Of a DNA stretch of 64,000 bases, positions 63,645-64,000 are shown piece by piece. The DNA is taken from positions 1,935,642 through 1,999,641 of the forward strand of contig OZ255623.1 of NCBI GenBank assembly GCA_965276685.1, read 5' to 3'. Source of the DNA: Acidocella sp. Lineage in GTDB: Bacteria; Pseudomonadota; Alphaproteobacteria; Acetobacterales; Acetobacteraceae. A program made the translations under genes and the position numbers. Each line of letters begins with the position of its first letter. The stretch's first letter is position 1. Under the pieces are notes generated by a model, which saw nothing but the letters and a program-made list of their open reading frames with translations, was not told the DNA's origin and searched no databases.

Positions 63645-63659
63645 TTAAATTCTTGTTAA
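63645..63659. promoter_or_regulatory. CtrA-like binding site upstream of the Hint protein gene
   Basis: TTAA-ATTCTTG-TTAA (TTAA-N7-TTAA) 60 bp upstream of the start. Confidence 0.55.
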
Positions 63660-63667
63660 TGCCGCAA

Positions 63668-64000
63668 TCACACGATGTAGCCGCCGCCCAGTATGCGCGA
63701 GCCGTCGTAGAAAACCGCCGCCTGGCCCGGTGCCGCGAGCGCGGGTTCATCCAGCGTCATAAAGCCATCGGCCGTGACCGAGGCGGCGTGGAGCGAATCC
63801 CGCGCGCGCAATTTGGCGTGGGTCCGTAGCACCGAAGTTGGCGCACCGCAGAGCCAGTTCATGTCCCGCAGCCGGACTTCCCTGCTGGCGTCCGTGCGCG
63901 GGCCGATGACGATGCGCCGCGTGGCGGGGTCGATTCGCTTCACCACTTGTGGCTGGCCGGCGATTTGCGCGGCGTTGCCGAGGCGCCTGGCCTGGCCGAC
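63668..64000 (-). CDS. mnmA: tRNA-specific 2-thiouridylase MnmA, 3' part (5' end outside the window)
   Basis: RIVIGPR, AKLR, AAPGQAAVFYDG.RILGGG.I C-terminal motif. Confidence 0.85.
   Translation of the reverse strand, partial: VGQARRLGNAAQIAGQPQVVKRIDPATRRIVIGPRTDASREVRLRDMNWLCGAPTSVLRTHAKLRARDSLHAASVTADGFMTLDEPALAAPGQAAVFYDGSRILGGGYIV

Overview
Alphaproteobacterial chromosome segment. The gene content (Hint_2 proteins, guaB-rsmB-GNAT-guaA order) suggests Acetobacteraceae/Acidocella-like, which is an inference. (1) 1-25.3 kb is an accessory aromatic-catabolism island abutting the 3' end of guaA. Its left part (1-10.5 kb) is decaying, with a frameshifted FAH gene, a nitroreductase/BKACE chimera, a Rieske oxygenase with a nonsense codon, a frameshifted LysR, and IS66, IS110 and relaxase remnants. 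The same part still holds intact LigW-like, LigF-like GST, YciI and TetR genes. Its right part (10.5-24.6 kb) is intact: two Rieske oxygenases with a duplicated promoter cassette, DUF1302/DUF1329, a CYP199-like P450, a trihydroxytoluene-oxygenase-like VOC enzyme, an MhpA-like hydroxylase, an amidohydrolase, a BKACE and an aromatic-acid MFS. (2) 25.4-32.3 kb is core: guaA, GNAT, RsmB-like, guaB, rlmE, Ppx/GppA and tRNA-Gln(CTG). (3) 32.3-40.1 kb is a second accessory module with paralogous DUF1302/DUF1329/MFS plus an MBL hydrolase, LysR and SnoaL. (4) 40.4-47 kb is a DSF-type quorum-sensing locus (rpfF, rpfC) whose response regulator has an RpfG-type receiver fused to PAS-GGDEF-EAL instead of HD-GYP. 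(5) 47-64 kb holds a DGC, MFS, a pur cluster interrupted by kch/MipA/Hint remnant, a parS site with a DnaA box, bolA-grxD, a glycosyltransferase, a degenerate EAL, a frameshifted MFS, DUF3253, DUF1499, a YddA-like ABC transporter, a Hint protein with a CtrA-like box, and the 3' end of mnmA. All family calls come from motif recognition by eye; no database search was run.
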